Assembly (NCBI GenBank): GCA_963692865.2
Contig: OY843592.1
Coordinates: 704,001 to 768,000, forward strand
Reading direction: 5' to 3'
DNA from: a bacterium
GTDB lineage: Bacteria; UBA8248
Length of the DNA: 64,000 bases
How positions within the stretch are numbered: the stretch's first letter is position 1; every line of letters begins with the position of its first letter. The translations under genes and the position numbers were made by a program. This document shows positions 63,143 to 64,000 of this stretch, piece after piece. The notes below the pieces were generated by a model that did no database searches, was not told the DNA's origin, and was given only the letters and a program-made list of their open reading frames with translations.

Positions 63143-64000
63143 AGCGGATGGTGGGGTCCAGAACCCCGTAGAGGATGTCGGCGGCGAGGTTGAACGCCAC
63201 GATCAGCCCCGCGAAGATGAAGGTCAGCGTCTGTACGGTCGGCAAATCTCCCCCCTGGATGGCGACGATGAGCAACTGCCCCAGCCCGTTCACCTTGAAA
63301 ATCTGTTCGGTGATGATCGCGCCGCCGAAAACCTGCGGCGCGCCCAGCGCGATGATGGTGACGACGGGGATCATCGAGTTGCGCAGCACGTGGACGAAGA
63401 GGATCCGCCGTTCGTGGAAGCCCTTGCCCCGGGCTGTGCGCACGTAGTCGTGGCCCAGGTTCTCGAGCATGGAGGCGCGCATGAAGCGGGCGATCTGCGC
63501 CGCGTTGTAGAGGGCGAGGACGAAGACCGGCATGGCCATCTGGCGCGCCTGGACGAGGAAGCTGCTCCAGTCCGTCACGCGGTGCGTGGTGTCGTAGATG
63601 GAGGGGAACCAGCCGAGTCCCACCGAGAACACCACGATCAGCAAAACGCCGGTGAAGAACGTCGGCACCGAAAACCCCACGGTGGAGACGAAGGCGCCGA
63701 TCTGGTCGAACCAGCCGTATTGCCGGTAGGCGGAGAAGATGCCGATGGGTATCGCGATCAGCACGCCGATGACGTAGGAGAGCCCCACGACCCACAGGGT
63801 CTGCGGCAGGCGCTCGACGATGAGGTCCACGACCGGGGAGCGCGTCTGCCAGCTCAGCACGCGGAGCCGCTCCGAATCGCCCGCGTAGCCGAGCAGGGCG
63901 TCGAGCACGTTCAGCGGCTCGTTGATGAAAAACTGCTTGCACCACAGCAGGTAGCGGACGTGGATGGGCTGGCCCAGCCCCAGGGACTCGCGGATTTTCT
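63129..64000 (-). CDS. peptide/nickel ABC transporter permease (OppB/DppB), 5' end outside the window
   Basis: ERLPQT, ARFMRASMLE, DYVRTARGKG, HVLRN, ITEQIF, ADILYGVLDP. Confidence 0.92.
   Translation of the reverse strand, partial: KIRESLGLGQPIHVRYLLWCKQFFINEPLNVLDALLGYAGDSERLRVLSWQTRSPVVDLIVERLPQTLWVVGLSYVIGVLIAIPIGIFSAYRQYGWFDQIGAFVSTVGFSVPTFFTGVLLIVVFSVGLGWFPSIYDTTHRVTDWSSFLVQARQMAMPVFVLALYNAAQIARFMRASMLENLGHDYVRTARGKGFHERRILFVHVLRNSMIPVVTIIALGAPQVFGGAIITEQIFKVNGLGQLLIVAIQGGDLPTVQTLTFIFAGLIVAFNLAADILYGVLDPTIRYDQR

Overview
High-GC bacterial chromosome segment spanning the replication origin: mnmE ... yidC-yidD-rnpA-rpmH / dnaA-oriC-recF-gyrB-(cytochrome c')-gyrA, with no dnaN or jag in their usual positions. 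It continues with housekeeping and metabolic genes: truD, mutY, a complete isc operon, rsmI, engB, nfo, trxB, a lone nuoI, NAPRTase and ABC transporters. The main result is three genes that the ORF track truncates or misses because in-frame TGA codons sit exactly at Cys positions of redox or metal-binding motifs, each followed by a SECIS-like hairpin. They are an exported thioredoxin (WUGTC, 7623-8027), an NrdH/glutaredoxin-like protein (UAPC, 54973-55218) and, translationally coupled to it, a 99-aa tandem zinc-ribbon protein with two predicted selenocysteines (CPGU...CENU...CPLC...H, 55215-55514). The last pair lies about 1.1 kb upstream of trxB and is the best candidate for an undescribed system. 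Also notable are a soluble FliG C-terminal/double MotA-cytoplasmic-domain fusion next to yidC, and a MITE family (TIR GGGGYTGTTGAAAAA, 5-bp target duplications, one nested insertion) built from REP-like palindromes, whose ends also bracket a SmaI-like restriction-modification pair. No rRNA, tRNA or CRISPR array was recognised. All family assignments come from motif recognition by eye, not database searches.
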